In this document: positions 30,845-43,357 of the stretch, piece after piece | Layout: every line of letters begins with the position of its first letter | How positions within the stretch are numbered: position 1 is the stretch's first letter | Source: Ministeria vibrans ATCC 50519 | Taxonomy: Eukaryota; Protista; Filasterea | Direction: 5' to 3' | Assembly (NCBI GenBank): GCA_943704425.1 | Contig: CALSCP010000519.1 | Coordinates: 36,677 to 93,934 of the forward strand | DNA length: 57,258 bases | Notes under the pieces: generated by a model | Told to the model about the DNA's origin: nothing | Database searches by the model: none | What the model saw: the letters and a program-made list of their open reading frames with translations, nothing else | Position numbers and translations under genes: made by a program

Positions 30845-33076
30845 TCAGGCGCGCGTGACCCGCTCGAAGAGATCGAGAGTGATGGTGCTGGTGAAGGCTG
30901 GTATAGATTTGAACTGGCTGAGGCAGGCGGTGATGGTTGTGGGAAGGGATGCGCTGAAGGGGGTCTCGAGGACATCCAGTGCCGAACCCGACCGTTTGAA
31001 CATGAGACAGTCTTCGGAGCGGTCGTGGTAGGCGCTGCGCAGGGTGTACGTAGTGCCGTCTGTCTCGGCGCTCATGTCAATCTTGTAGCCCGTCAGTTCA
31101 TAGCAGGCGGTGCGAAACTCGTTGATCTTCTGCGTGAAAACCGTGCGTAGTCGTTGGTTGGCCACTTCGGCGGTGCTGAGCTGTTCGCGCAACGCACTAA
31201 GCTCTTGTGAGACAATGGCAGCCGCGCCCGACGTACCGGCACCATCGACATTGCCTGCGCCTGCAAGTACCTCTTCTTTGAGGCGCTGGCACTCTTCTTT
31301 GAGCTGTTTGACCTGTTGTGCACGCGCTGCGCGTGCCATGCTCAAAGGATTCTCGGCCAAATGCAGCACCTGAGTGGTGTCGGCATTGAATTCGCCACGC
31401 CCCACTCGGCGCTCGAGCGTATCGATGGCCGCACGTGCCTGCTCAATGGCCGATTCAAGGCTCTGCGTGGTGTCTCGGGCCTCGTGCAGATCTGCCGTGA
31501 GCGCGTCCGTCTGGTCTTGCAGCGCCTCGACACGCAGCGCAAGCTGGTCACGGTCGTGCGACGCTGTCTGCAGTTGCTGCTCGAGCAGTCGGAAATGCTC
31601 GCTGCGTGGGCCGTCGTAGGTACTCGGGTCGGACATGGCCGCCGCCTCCTGTTCGTAGGACTTTAGCAATTCGCGGAGTCCGTCGCGTTCGTTGCGCACA
31701 AAGACGAGGCGCCGCTCGAGCAGACGCGCACCGTCACCTTTTGATGCAGTACCCTGACGCACCTGCTCTAGCTCGGCTCGAGCACGATCACGCTCGTTGA
31801 CCAGGCGGCTCCGCTCTGCTTCGCTGCCTGTCAGTTGCGCGCGCAGCTGCCCTGACTCGTCGAGGGCCACGGCAAGTTCACGTTGCGTGCGCGCCACGAG
31901 CAGACCGAGTTGACGCGGGGACTCGGCGCCTGCAAATGCACTTTGCATTTCCCGAAGCTGTGCGAGTTCGAGACGAGCGGCGTCAAGTTCAACACAGCGT
32001 GCACGCGTTCGCTCCAGCTCTGCGACCACCTCGGCCTTCTGCTCGAGCAACAACTCGGTATTCTCAACTTTGGCCTGCAAATACTGATTCTCTTGTTGAG
32101 CGCGACGCAATCGTCGCTCACACTCCGCCAGCGACGCCATCTTATTGCCACGCTTCTCCATGGGCGTTCCGGGCTGTTGCAATTGCGATTGGTCCAATTG
32201 CCTTTGCAACACGTCCTGTTGTTGACGCAACTGTGACACTTGGTGCGAGGAGGCGCGCAATTGCTGCTGCAGATCGTCGGCAGCGGCGGCACGTGCCATT
32301 GCTGACTCGGCACGCGCGCGGGCACTCGCCAACTCGACTTCACGTTCGCGCAACTGATCAGTAGCAATTTCCTGCTGGCGTGCAGCAGTCTCGCTGGCGT
32401 GTTCGAGCTGAGCTTTGAGTTGGCGCGCGCGAGACTGTGCGTTGGCCGCTTCGACCTGCAAGCGTTCGACGGTACCCTCAAGCACGCCAGTCTGTGCAGA
32501 GTGAGCGCGCTTCTGTTGCTGCAACTCCTGTTCCAAGGCGGCGATGCGAGCGCGTGTCTCGCCATCACGATCGGCGAGGTAGGCGCGTTGCTTCTCCAAA
32601 CTGGCCAGTCGCGTCGCCGCTTGACTGTCGTCGAGCGATTCCGTTGTGCGCGCCTGGTCCCTCTCGAGAAGGGCCACTGCGGCATCAGACCGCGCACGAG
32701 TCACTTGACTTTCAAGGTCCGCCACACGAGACTGCAAAGCAACAATCTCGGCTCGCTGTGAAACGAGACAAAAAAACATGTTATTTTCAAAAAAAAAACA
32801 CCCTAAACGTACGGAAGCTCTGAAATCGTCAGCACGGTCGTAAGGAGAGGCTTCGTGTCGTAAAGACTGCTGAGCTACCAGCGGCGTGGGGTCGCGAGAT
32901 GGGTCGTCGACGGTCGATTCGGAGGCGTTGAGGAAGTCGTCGAAACGCGACCGAATGCGCTGCAGGGTGCCCGACTCGGACGCGGCAGCCTTGCCCACGC
33001 TGTTCAGGACACCTGCTCGACGCGATGTACTCTGCCCCTGGGTCGGCGTTCGATACGGATGGTGACGAGACGACAT
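30845..33076 (-). CDS. MAD1: Mitotic spindle checkpoint protein MAD1
   Basis: Long coiled coil. Mad2-interaction-like segment TQVLHLAENPL. C-terminal NQRLRTVF..KINEFRTACYELTGYKIDM and SIPAFTSTITLDLF. Confidence 0.93.
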   Translation of the reverse strand: MSSRHHPYRTPTQGQSTSRRAGVLNSVGKAAASESGTLQRIRSRFDDFLNASESTVDDPSRDPTPLVAQQSLRHEASPYDRADDFRASVRLGCFFFENNMFFCLVSQRAEIVALQSRVADLESQVTRARSDAAVALLERDQARTTESLDDSQAATRLASLEKQRAYLADRDGETRARIAALEQELQQQKRAHSAQTGVLEGTVERLQVEAANAQSRARQLKAQLEHASETAARQQEIATDQLREREVELASARARAESAMARAAAADDLQQQLRASSHQVSQLRQQQDVLQRQLDQSQLQQPGTPMEKRGNKMASLAECERRLRRAQQENQYLQAKVENTELLLEQKAEVVAELERTRARCVELDAARLELAQLREMQSAFAGAESPRQLGLLVARTQRELAVALDESGQLRAQLTGSEAERSRLVNERDRARAELEQVRQGTASKGDGARLLERRLVFVRNERDGLRELLKSYEQEAAAMSDPSTYDGPRSEHFRLLEQQLQTASHDRDQLALRVEALQDQTDALTADLHEARDTTQSLESAIEQARAAIDTLERRVGRGEFNADTTQVLHLAENPLSMARAARAQQVKQLKEECQRLKEEVLAGAGNVDGAGTSGAAAIVSQELSALREQLSTAEVANQRLRTVFTQKINEFRTACYELTGYKIDMSAETDGTTYTLRSAYHDRSEDCLMFKRSGSALDVLETPFSASLPTTITACLSQFKSIPAFTSTITLDLFERVTRA

Positions 33077-33278
33077 GGGACCAAGCACAAGAAGAAGAAT
33101 AATCAATTATCAAACGAATATTAATAATTATTATATCAATGAGAATAATAAGAATAATACGAATAGTAGTAATAATAATGATTGTTAATAATAATAATAA
33201 TCTTACACTTATAATAATAATGATAATAACATTATTAATGGTTATTGGTTTCCTTCATTGACCATCTTTTTAACTTCT

Positions 33279-33437
33279 CTACAAGGTATCATAGTCCTCC
33301 TCAAACGCGGCCGACAACCGTTCGGCCGCTCGGTAAACAGGAGAGGACTGCGAATTGTACAGCTTGGCATTGGAAAAGACAAGACGTACATCATTGGCAT
33401 ACTACAACAACAACAACAAGAACAACAACAACAACAA

Positions 33438-33472
<35 letters not shown>

Positions 33473-36400
33473 GCAAAAGAGTCAGATGCAGAACTAGACA
33501 AAGAGAACAGAATATAATATTCTCACCTGCTCCAACGACGTATAGTGATGCTGCGCAAGGCGATCGTGGATTGTACCCAGGTCCATTGGCTCACGCACTA
33601 CCTCCAAATACTCGGGCGCACCGTGTGCCACTGGGTCGACCGGCTCGGCAAAGAATCGCTGTCGATCTTTCTTTTGAAGCTTCTTGTGCACGCCTACGCA
33701 TAAAAAAAGAGTCAAAAAACAAAGCAAAAAAAGGCAAACAGATGCACTCACTTCGAACAGCATCCAAGTCAAACGTTACTCGACGGCGCTTCTTCACTTT
33801 TCGTCCAGGCCGGGCTGCACTGCGCTGTGGACGCCAGTGCTGTGCTGACCCACTGTCGTAGTCGTCATCTTCGCCTCCTCCATCGTCATCGTCCTCCTCC
33901 TCCTCTTCTTCTTCTTCCTCCTCCTCTCCTTCCCAGTCACTGTCGTCCTCACTGCTTCGCTTTCGTTTCGTACACACAGCGGTCTCTGTCGCTGCTGCTG
34001 CTGCTGCTGCTGTTGTTGTTGTCGTGGTTGTTGTTGTCGTCGTCGTCGTGGTACTTTCTATGACACTTGGTGCCGCAGGCGTGTTCTTGGCGGCTTCAAG
34101 CGCTTCGCACACGACAGCGTAGTCGGGAAGAGTGTCAATGGCAATATTGGCGAGAGTTGTGTCTTCAACGAACATGGTCAGTTGGTTGGCAACAAGCGTC
34201 GCTACCAGCGCAGGTGCACTGCCGACTGCGTGCCCAAGACAACCGTTGGCACGCAACATGTCCACGTCGTAGAGAAGCGCCTGTCGCTGACGGTAAAAAT
34301 TGCTCTCTACACGCGCCACAATGGTCTCCAAGGACATGGGATGCACGGCGGACAACGACTTGCTCAGGATGTTGACGAGCTCGGGGTAAGCGGCTTGAAG
34401 GCCTCGCATGCCGGCAAGTAGGCGTTGTTGCTCCGCAGCAGCGTTGGCAGTCCTCGCATCCGCAAACATGCCGTCATCGCGTAGCATGGGAAACGTGAGC
34501 GACTCAAACGGAAGCGTCTCGTCGCTGTCGTCACCAGGCTCAAGTGGAACCAAATCCCACGGGCTCACCTGATCCGTATTGCCATCAATGGCCCACAAAA
34601 CAGAAATCGACAGCCACGGCTCGCTGTTCGGCGCTTCCACACCGACGCTGGGCGTCGTTGCTGGCTCAGACACCACCACAGTGCCCACGAACCAGCGGTC
34701 GCCCTCGTCAGGGTCGCCAAACTGCGAGCGAACGCGCAGTCCGGGCGACCACGACACTGAAGTGGCCCGGTCAAAGCGACGGGCGGGCACAAGGAAGTCG
34801 GCACAATCGTCGACGTCTGCCAAACGCAGCGATATGTGCATGGGAACAGTCGAAGATGCAGGTTGCTGATTGGGAGCACTAGAGAAACTCAGGATGTCGA
34901 GACGCACATCGGCAACGACAACATTGCCAAGCGTCTCAAAAGCAAGGCGGCTGAGGCGACAACGCATCATGGACGTCAGTTGGGCCATGCGCAGTCCCGG
35001 ACCAAGACGAAGGCGCGCCTGGTAGCGCGTGAATATACCCTGCATGATTGCCTCGTCCCGGTACGTGTTGAAGCCCGCAAGCACAAACACAACGTCATCG
35101 CCCATTTGTGGGTAGTAGGGTGTCATGCGAGGTGTGGTCTGTCCCAGCCAGTGGTTCGTACGTGCACGCCGCGCCAGCTGCGCCTCCTGACTCTCCTGCA
35201 GCAGCACGCCACCAAGTAACCCTCCCCCTTGCTCCCCCCCTTTGTGTTCACCTGCATCCTCTTCATCATTGTCGTCGTCGTCGTCGTCGCCGTCATCGTC
35301 GACAACGTAGCGTGCACGCCTTGTCGCACGCCGACCTCCAACAGCGTGTGCCCGCCTGCTGCTGCTGCCGCGTGCGAAAGTCTGGTATTCCTCTGGCACC
35401 GCGTCCTTTCCTCCCTCTCCCCCTACTTCGTCGTCATCGACGTTATCGTCGTTCACAACAAATCCTGCCATCTCGAAACGTCGATTTCTCGTTCGACGGC
35501 CGCCTCGATACGTCTTGTAGCCGTCATCGTCGTCGTCGTCGTCGTCGACGGGCCCGTGAGACACGCGAGCGCGTCGGCGTCGACTCGAGCGACGCAAATC
35601 TCGAGACTTCCGTCGAGCGCTCCTTGGAGCAGGTCCACGACTGCGCGTACGATAGGTGGCACTTCGATCGTTGTCGTCTGATCCCTGTCCCGCATCAAAA
35701 GCGCCGTACTCACCAAGTTCTGCGTCGTCGCCGTAGTCCTCTTCGTCCTCATCGTCGTCGTCGTCGTCTTCCTCGCCGTCTTCTTCGTACTCCTCTTCTT
35801 CATCGTCGTTGCCACCGTCGTCGTCGTCCTCCTCCTCCTCCTCCTCAGCATCGTCAAGATAGGTCATGCCCTCGCGACCCGCCTGACGGGCGCGACGCAA
35901 CCGTGCCTGAAGAGATCGCCCGGTCAACGTCGATGACGACGCTGCCGTCGCCGACGACGAGGACGCAGTCGTGGATCCCAAAGTGGCCCCCGGAACGTCT
36001 CCTACTGCAGCGTGAACGACACGCCGCGCAGGACGCAGCGCCTGACGTACTGTGGATGCATCGATCTCCTCGTCGTTGACTGCGACAAGCAACATCGCCT
36101 CATCGCCGGCAACAGCTGTCAGTCCATCCCCAACAATGTTGCTGTTGTTGCTCTGTGCAACGCGACGACGCAACGTGCGTCCTGCGCTGCCGCTTGAAGG
36201 CGAAACAGTTGCCAAAGCTGAGGCTACGGCAGCGCGCGTCGAAGGCAGTGGGGCAACACGACGACTGCGATGAAGCAAATCGAGCTCAACCTCACGCCGC
36301 AACAGTTGTCGTCGACGATCCTCACAGCGGTCGGCTACGTCGTCGGCGAGCAACACCCCGATGGGTTCACGCTCATCGGGAGCAATTTGCAAGTGTTGCG

Positions 36401-38524
36401 GATACGCGCCGTTGCGTCGGTCCGTGAGCAACGGTGCGACAAGACGATGCGGAGGCATGCCCGTTGTTTCGTCCAAGACATTGCCCGTCGTCGAATCGCG
36501 TACAAGAGGATGGTAGTCGGTAAAGAAAAATTGGTCGCGTGGCAAATGGGCAAACACAGACGGGTCGTGCAGGCCGTATACACTGAGAACACCACGATCG
36601 TCGACAACACAGAAGGACGTGCCGTCGGGCGCCCAATGGCAGTCGGTTACGCCGGCCACCTGCTGGCCTTGGTCACCATCTTCGACATGGTCGTCGCCAT
36701 CAATGTCGTCGTCATCGTCGTCGTCGTCGTCGTCGTCGCTGGCGTTGTTGCCATTGTTATCGTCGTCAGCGGTCGCACCACCACCCGCGTCACTGTGGGG
36801 GGTGTCACTGCGGTCACGGTTGTTTCGGAAACGTCTAGAAGGTGGAGTGTTGCGCAGCGAAAGGCGGGGCGTAGCGGTGAGCAGGTCCACAACCATAATG
36901 AGACCGTCGTAGCCGGCGGTGAGCATGAGATTTGAATTGTGTGGATGCGGTTCGAGCACGTAGACACGCGACGAGTGTTGCTCAAAGCGAGTGTGATGGG
37001 TAAAGTGATCGGTGTGACCGGACCACACATCGACACGACCAGACTCGGTCGCTGTCACAATCCAGCGACCATCCAGGCTGAAGCGCACGGTCGAAACACT
37101 GGAGGGTACCCCGCGCTCGATGCTGCTAAGTGTCATAGGAAGCGCGCAAGAGCACCACTTGGCAGTTTCACTCATGTTGCGCCACCAGACACGTACAACG
37201 CCGTCGCGCGAGCCAGTGACGATGCGGGAACTGTCGCTGGTGACGTCGACAACCTCAATGCGATCGTGATGGCCCACCAGCGTAGCAATAAGCGCCGGTT
37301 GTGGTGCGCCAGCGACGCGATAGAGTCGGAGCACAGCGTCATTGCTGGCGACAGCCAAAATGGCGCCACCAGCTGAGAAGCTGGCAGTGCGCGGCTCGGC
37401 GCGTTCGGTCACCTCGAAAATGGAGGGCTCGGCGACGTTCAAGACGGCACCCGAGTCAACGTTGTAGCGCCAAAAGCGCACTGTGCCATCGCTGCACAAG
37501 GCGACAAAGCTGCTGCAGCGGTCGGTATCGGGCGGAGCCGGACAAAACTTGATGGTGTTGATGCAACGCTTGCGTGCCGGAGTTGCCATCAGCACCGACA
37601 CCGGATGGCCATTGAGCATGTCCCACATGCGAATGTAACCGTCACCACTACTCACCAGCACAAATCGATTGTCCATGCTCACGTCCATGTCGGTGATGAC
37701 GTCTGCGTGACCACGCAGCGACACGAGCAGTCGCCCTGTGCGCACCGACCAGATCTTGACGAGACGGTCGTCGGCACCGGTGATGATGCGTTCGCCAGTA
37801 CGATCAAACGACGAACAGTAGCAAGGCGACAGGTGGCCCAGAGTGGCAAAGTGTCGATGCACACGCGACTGTGTCAGCAAACTGGACGGTTGGTCGAGGT
37901 GCGCGCGCAGCACGCTGTCGTGCCGAATGTCGCCGCCCAGGTCGCGTTGACGCAACGCCTGAAAGAGCGAGCCACGAGAGCGTAGGCGTCGCATTTGCGT
38001 GCGTCTGCGCTGACTCTCGACGTCTGTGGATCGCAGTGGGTCGTTGGGACCACAACCGACCAGAGAGTGCAGATTCCGAGCAGGCGGCGGTGCCAACTGT
38101 TCGCCCATGGCCAGCAGACGCCCCATGGCACGTTGTAAGAAGTCGCCTGTGATGTGCGGGTGCTGTTGGCGGAGTAGGGCGGCGCTGCGCGGCTGCCGTG
38201 CGCCAGTCCAAAGAGGCTCGCTGCCGAGCAACCGTTGGTCGTCCAACTGCGAACAAAACGAAAGCGACAAAAGGAAGGCAGAATGAGACATGGGCAGGAG
38301 GAACCCCACTGGTGGCGTACCTCACGACGTAGCTGATCGGCGGCGGCTGGACACGATGAGGACTCGAGGAAGCGAAGCACCACAAGAAACAGCTCTACGC
38401 ATTAGTTTAGAAAAAAAAAATAGAGAGAGAGAGAAATGCATTTTGTCTGACCATGATTCTCAACTCTAGGGTCGCTGGCGTTCGCAAAGCCACGGGGCAC
38501 CGCCTCGGCAGCCGGGTCGCCCAT
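33279..38524 (-). CDS. Bromodomain and WD-repeat protein (BRWD1/BRWD3/PHIP family)
   Basis: ELFLVVLRFLESSSC N-terminus. WD repeats (FDRTGERIITGADDRLVKIW). DQFFFTDYHPLVRD, PYYPQMGDDVVF, cryptic Tudor SPWDL. C-terminal bromodomain FAEPVDP..YLEVVREPMDLGTI..VFSNAKLYN. Confidence 0.95.
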
Positions 38525-38691
38525 CTGTTAATTTGCAGAGAAAATTACTGAAAAAAAAGTCAGTCAGTCAGTCAGAGGACATAGTGATTATTTGATCGTT
38601 TCCATTTCGCTTCATTCCTGTTTATTATAGTTTCCCCTAGTCCATCAACCCTTCTAATCACACCGATCGCACTATTTCTTCTGAGTTTAGA
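38525..38691. promoter_or_regulatory. Probable bidirectional promoter BRWD/MacroD (167 bp) with tandem TCAG repeats
   Basis: Head-to-head ATGs at 38524 and 38692. TCAGT on the minus strand at 38547-38551 and three overlapping copies on the plus strand at 38560-38572. Confidence 0.6.
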
Positions 38692-38810
38692 ATGATTTCC
38701 AAGGTCGGCGATATTGTGACGTGGCTTTACTCGTATGCCATCCACAGACGTGTTCAGGCGAGTTTGCAGCCGGTGGCGCAACGGAATGACGCACTGAGTA
38801 ACAAAGTAAG

Positions 38811-38846
<36 letters not shown>

Positions 38847-39718
38847 TCGTCGTCGTTGTTGTTTATTGTTCTTGCTTAGGTCGCCTTGTGGCAGGGCAAT
38901 GCGGTGCTGCTCGAGATCGATGCGATTGTGAACGCAGCAAACAACAGTCTTCTCGGGGGTGGGGGCATTGACGGCGCCATCCATCGTGCGGCGGGCCCTG
39001 CACTTGTCAAAGAGGTGCGACGCACAAGTGACATTCCCCCCGTCCATTTCTCCCTTTCCTTACCCCCTTTGCCCACCGCCAGTGCCGCACGCTGAACGGC
39101 TGCGATACGGGCGATGCCAAAATTACTCAGGGCTATCGGTTGCCGGCGAAGCATGTCATTCACACGGTGGGTCCAGTTGGGGAGAACGCGAAAGCACTGG
39201 CGAGCTGCTATCGGCGCGCCTTGGATGTCCTTGTCGAGAATCAACTGCGCACCATCTGCTTCTGCTGTATTTCTACCGGGGTCTATGGCTATCCGATTGC
39301 GGCTGCTACGCACGTGGCCCTTGCGACGACACGCGCCTGGCTCGAACACGAAGACAATGCCGATAAGGTCGACAAGATTGTCTTTTGCGTGTTTCTCGAT
39401 CGTGACCGAGCCATCTACGAACAGACCCTTCCCCATTACTTTCCTGTCGACACACCTCCACCATCAAGCGACGGTGAGGCCAAAGAAGATGCGAATAGAC
39501 AGTCTGTGACCTCGCCCATTGCCGACATGGTGGCCGGTGCGTCGCGACTTGCGAAAGCCATTTCCGACAAGTTGCAGCTCGAGCGCCATTCTAGTGGATT
39601 GAGTCAAGAAGGCGACTCTAGCGAGGTGGTGCCCAATGAAAAGAGTAGGGACGCGATGGAAGTTGGCGAAAGTGAACGTGAAGCGACAAGTCAGCCTGCG
39701 AGTGCAGCGAAGGAATGA
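38692..39718 (+). CDS. MacroD-type macrodomain protein (ADP-ribose hydrolase / O-acetyl-ADP-ribose deacetylase)
   Basis: [52 protein letters not shown]. Confidence 0.95.
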
Positions 39719-39765
39719 GCCTGCAACAAGACGTATAAAATATTTTTATAATAAAAATAACTATA

Positions 39766-39766
39766 A

Positions 39767-39818
<52 letters not shown>

Positions 39819-39826
39819 ATTATTAT
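39766..39826. repeat. (ATT)n microsatellite
   Basis: Seen directly. Confidence 0.9.
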
Positions 39827-39992
39827 GATTGATTGATGATTGGTTTTGGATTTGTTATTAAAATTAATGTTTTATTATAATATTATTTTATTATTATTAT
39901 GATAGTGATTGTTGTGATGATCTATCACATGTATATCTTCTTTATGGTTGCGATGTGGAAGTAATGCTGGCGTTCTACGAAAACTCAATGGA

Positions 39993-42382
39993 TCAGAAGG
40001 GCGGGCGGGAAGAGAAGTGGGCGGCGAGACGACGGTACTCGCGCAGCAGCACACCCACATCGTCAAGGGTCAGCGCTCCCACTTGGCACGTGAGGAAGCG
40101 CTCTTCGATCGACACCGAATCGTTGTCAAACACGGCTGTGAGAGTACGTGGAACAGTCAGCAAAGTGACACCTTATCATATAGAATGGTTTACCGCGCGA
40201 AGTGTTGACTGGCGCCGACTGAGATTCGGATGAGTGGGTAGAGGATGATGAGCGCGCGTCGTCTGCAGGGCGATCGCCGTCTTCCGCATCATTCGCATCG
40301 TCGACATCGTCCAGGTCGTCGAAGACGGCACTAGATGAGCCTACGGGGCCATCGAGAACAAAAGAGCCACGAATGGCCGGGTGCACCGTGGTGTCAGTGG
40401 GGCGACCGGGCGAGGCAATGACTGCCAGATTGTGGTCGGCACTGGCAACGGCAGAGCCGGCAATGGCGGCATCGACACCCGGAAGCGTGCTGGGAGCAGA
40501 GGAAGATTCTGAAGCGGCAGTAGACAAGGGTAGAGTGTCGGCGGTAGAAGCAGACGCATCGGTTGCCAATGTGGGCGCGCTATGCTCCCCTTCGGCGGCC
40601 AGAGACAAGGACGACGATGCCGCAACAGCCTCGGCCAAAACCGCGTCCACTCCGTGCACCGACGACACACGTGGGTCGTCTACACGATTTCTCTTGACAA
40701 ATGCCGCGCGCGACGGTCGTCGGTGCATTTGTTGTTGGAATTCCTATAAGATGATTATTATCATCATTATTATTATAATTATTTATAATAATTTATCAAT
40801 AGTATTAAAATGATGATATGAGAAGGTATTGCTTGCCTCGTCGTCGAGATTTAGCTTTGCAGCATCCAGCTGGACGATGAAACTGACAGCACAGTCAAGA
40901 TTCATAAAGGCAAACGCTTGCTCGCCGGTGCAGAGACGGTCGGGGTGGCGGAAGCGCCGAATATACTCAAGGTGAGAGCGCAACTGGGGCGGGTTCGCCT
41001 TGAGCGTCGTGTAAATGAGAGCGGGTAGGAAGGAGTCGGCGCTCGCCTCGACGTTCGCCTCCTCAATCATGCTGATGACAATCTTCGTACAGTTCAGTAC
41101 GCAGAGTAGTTTGTCGCGTGGTGTCTTGTACTGCGCGAGTTTGCGCAGTTCACGTTGGGCCGTTGCAAACGTCGGCGAATCGAAAATGTGCGCCTCGACC
41201 TCGAGCAAGGGTGGCGTAACAAAGTGGAGTTGTTTGATGCGCCGCTGAAGACTCTCGTCGGTAATTTGATCGCCCGAGCCGGGCGCAGCAAACACCGTGG
41301 GATACAACTTGGTCATGACGTACTTTTCAAGACCCTCTCGGGCGCGATCAAAGTCGCCCTCACCGACACCCAGCCAAAGCGGATGGCGTGCCATGCTGTT
41401 GCCACATGCGTCTAGGAATTCACGTACGACTCGCGCCACCTGCTCCATGTCGACGGTGCGCTCGCCACATGCGCGCTGTGTTGCGGTAATTTGCTGTTTG
41501 ATACTTTTGTACAAGGGATAGGCGGCGGGTTTGCGCATCTTGTCAAGGAAGTCGGCAAATGTCGATGTGGGCACAACGGGTAGCGCAACGGCCGGTGACG
41601 CAACATGCTGAACAACACTCGAGTTTGCTGGCTCAACGAGTTGCGCATGCGTAGTACTAGCAGTGGCAGGCGGACCGGGGTCGGTAGCGAGCGAGTCAGT
41701 GAAAGAACCGCCTGGTGTGGATGGGCTAATGGACGTCGCAATGGGAGGCGTGTTGTCGTTGGTTCGCGTGCCACTCGGAGCAATCGGTGGTGATTTTGGT
41801 ACGGCGATTGCTGAAGTGGATGACACCTGCCGCGTCATGGGCGACCGTGACGGAGGCGGTGGGGGTGGGGCGCGTCTGCGTGTCTCCGGCGACGACGAGG
41901 GTGAATGGTAGGCATTGCGCGAAGAACCGGGACCCCACAAGCAACCTGGGTAGGTGACGGGTGTATTGATAAGAGCGCACTGCAGAAGAGTGCCGTTGAC
42001 GTCGACGGTGAACTCGCCAACGACACGGAACTCCGCAGTGGGTCTGAGGCCGACGGAGGCGAACCGAGGCGGGTCAAACGTGTCGTAGCGCGAGCTGGAG
42101 TCGGGTGTACCCACATACACGTGCATTGTGTCTTTGTTGACGGCGCGGTACAGACCGCACAAGCCGTTGGGTGTGATGTACTGGTCGGTGCGTGTGGGAT
42201 TTCGCAGGGCAACTAACATATAAACAATAGTAATAATAATAATAATTATTATTATTATTAAATTTTTATAAATGCGTGTCGTTTGGTCGCGTTTCTCGTA
42301 CTATGACTGTCAACAAAATCATCCACGAGATCAATGTAGGTGATGGACTGGGCGCGTGGCACAAGGAGCAAGGCAGGAGGCT

Positions 42383-42476
<94 letters not shown>

Positions 42477-43285
42477 GGAGAAAGAAACAAAGTGATAGAG
42501 AGAGAGAGAGGAGAAAGAAAGAAACAACGTGATAGAGAGAGAGGGAGAGAGAGAAAGAGAGAAAGGAGGGAGAAAGGAACAAAGTGAAAGTGGTTGACAA
42601 GGCGTACGCAAGAGGAAAAGGTATTCTTCGAGGCCGTTGACGACTATTGCGTGTCGAGTGCAGACGAGAGAGAGCCATTGAGAGAGGAGAAGGTCGAGCA
42701 GCTGCTTTGGAGCGCTGTCGTCGTCGTGAATACCTACATCGGCGCCTGTGGCATCGCGGAGGGCCTGGAGTACGGCAACGGCCGAGGCAGTGCTGTTGGT
42801 GGAACGAATTGAGCGTACAGCGAAGACAGGGTCGGACGGGATTCCTGGCGGAATGACACTCGACACGCGCTCAAGCTCGTTGATGACGGATTGTGTTGCC
42901 CCCGATATGGCATTGGTGGCGGCGAGGTCGCGTGCGACATCGGCTGGAGTGAGAATGGGGCGACGCGAAAGCTCATCGACGGCTGCGTCCTCTTTGAAGC
43001 GCTGGCGGAGCAACGACGGCGGCGTAAACGGCGAAGCGCGCTTCAGACTGCGGGGAGTGCCGTCGCGCACCGGTGGAGCGTTATCCTCCTCGCTGCTGCT
43101 GCTGCTTCTGCTGCTGCTGCTTCTGCTGCTGCTGCTTCTGCTGCTTCTGCCACTGCCACTGCCACTGCACTGCTACTGCTACTGCTCCTGCTGCTTCTGT
43201 CGCCGTGCGCAGGTCTTTTGATAATATCCCTCACCGGCACTGCCAGCATCAGGTCATCGTCTTCGTCGCTGCCGTCCGAAGACAT
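39993..43285 (-). CDS. VPS9-domain Rab5 GEF (Vps9/Rabex-5-like core) with an extra N-terminal domain; 5' exon structure uncertain
   Basis: FADFLDKMRKPAA, EGLEKYVMTKLY, YKTPRDKLLCVLNC, SADSFLPALIY..NPPQLRS, GEQAF. C-terminal LTLDDVGVLLREYRRL. Confidence 0.9.
42388..42472. repeat. (GA)n microsatellite in VPS9-gene intron
   Basis: Seen directly. Confidence 0.95.
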
Positions 43286-43357
43286 GCTACAAGTGTCGAA
43301 GAAAAAATGACTTTATTGTTTTTATTATTTGTTTCAAATCATTTTACACGCACAACA

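Noticed and set aside
31148-31160. MAD1 RLK motif reads RLR
   Set aside because: A conservative substitution, unlikely to be meaningful.
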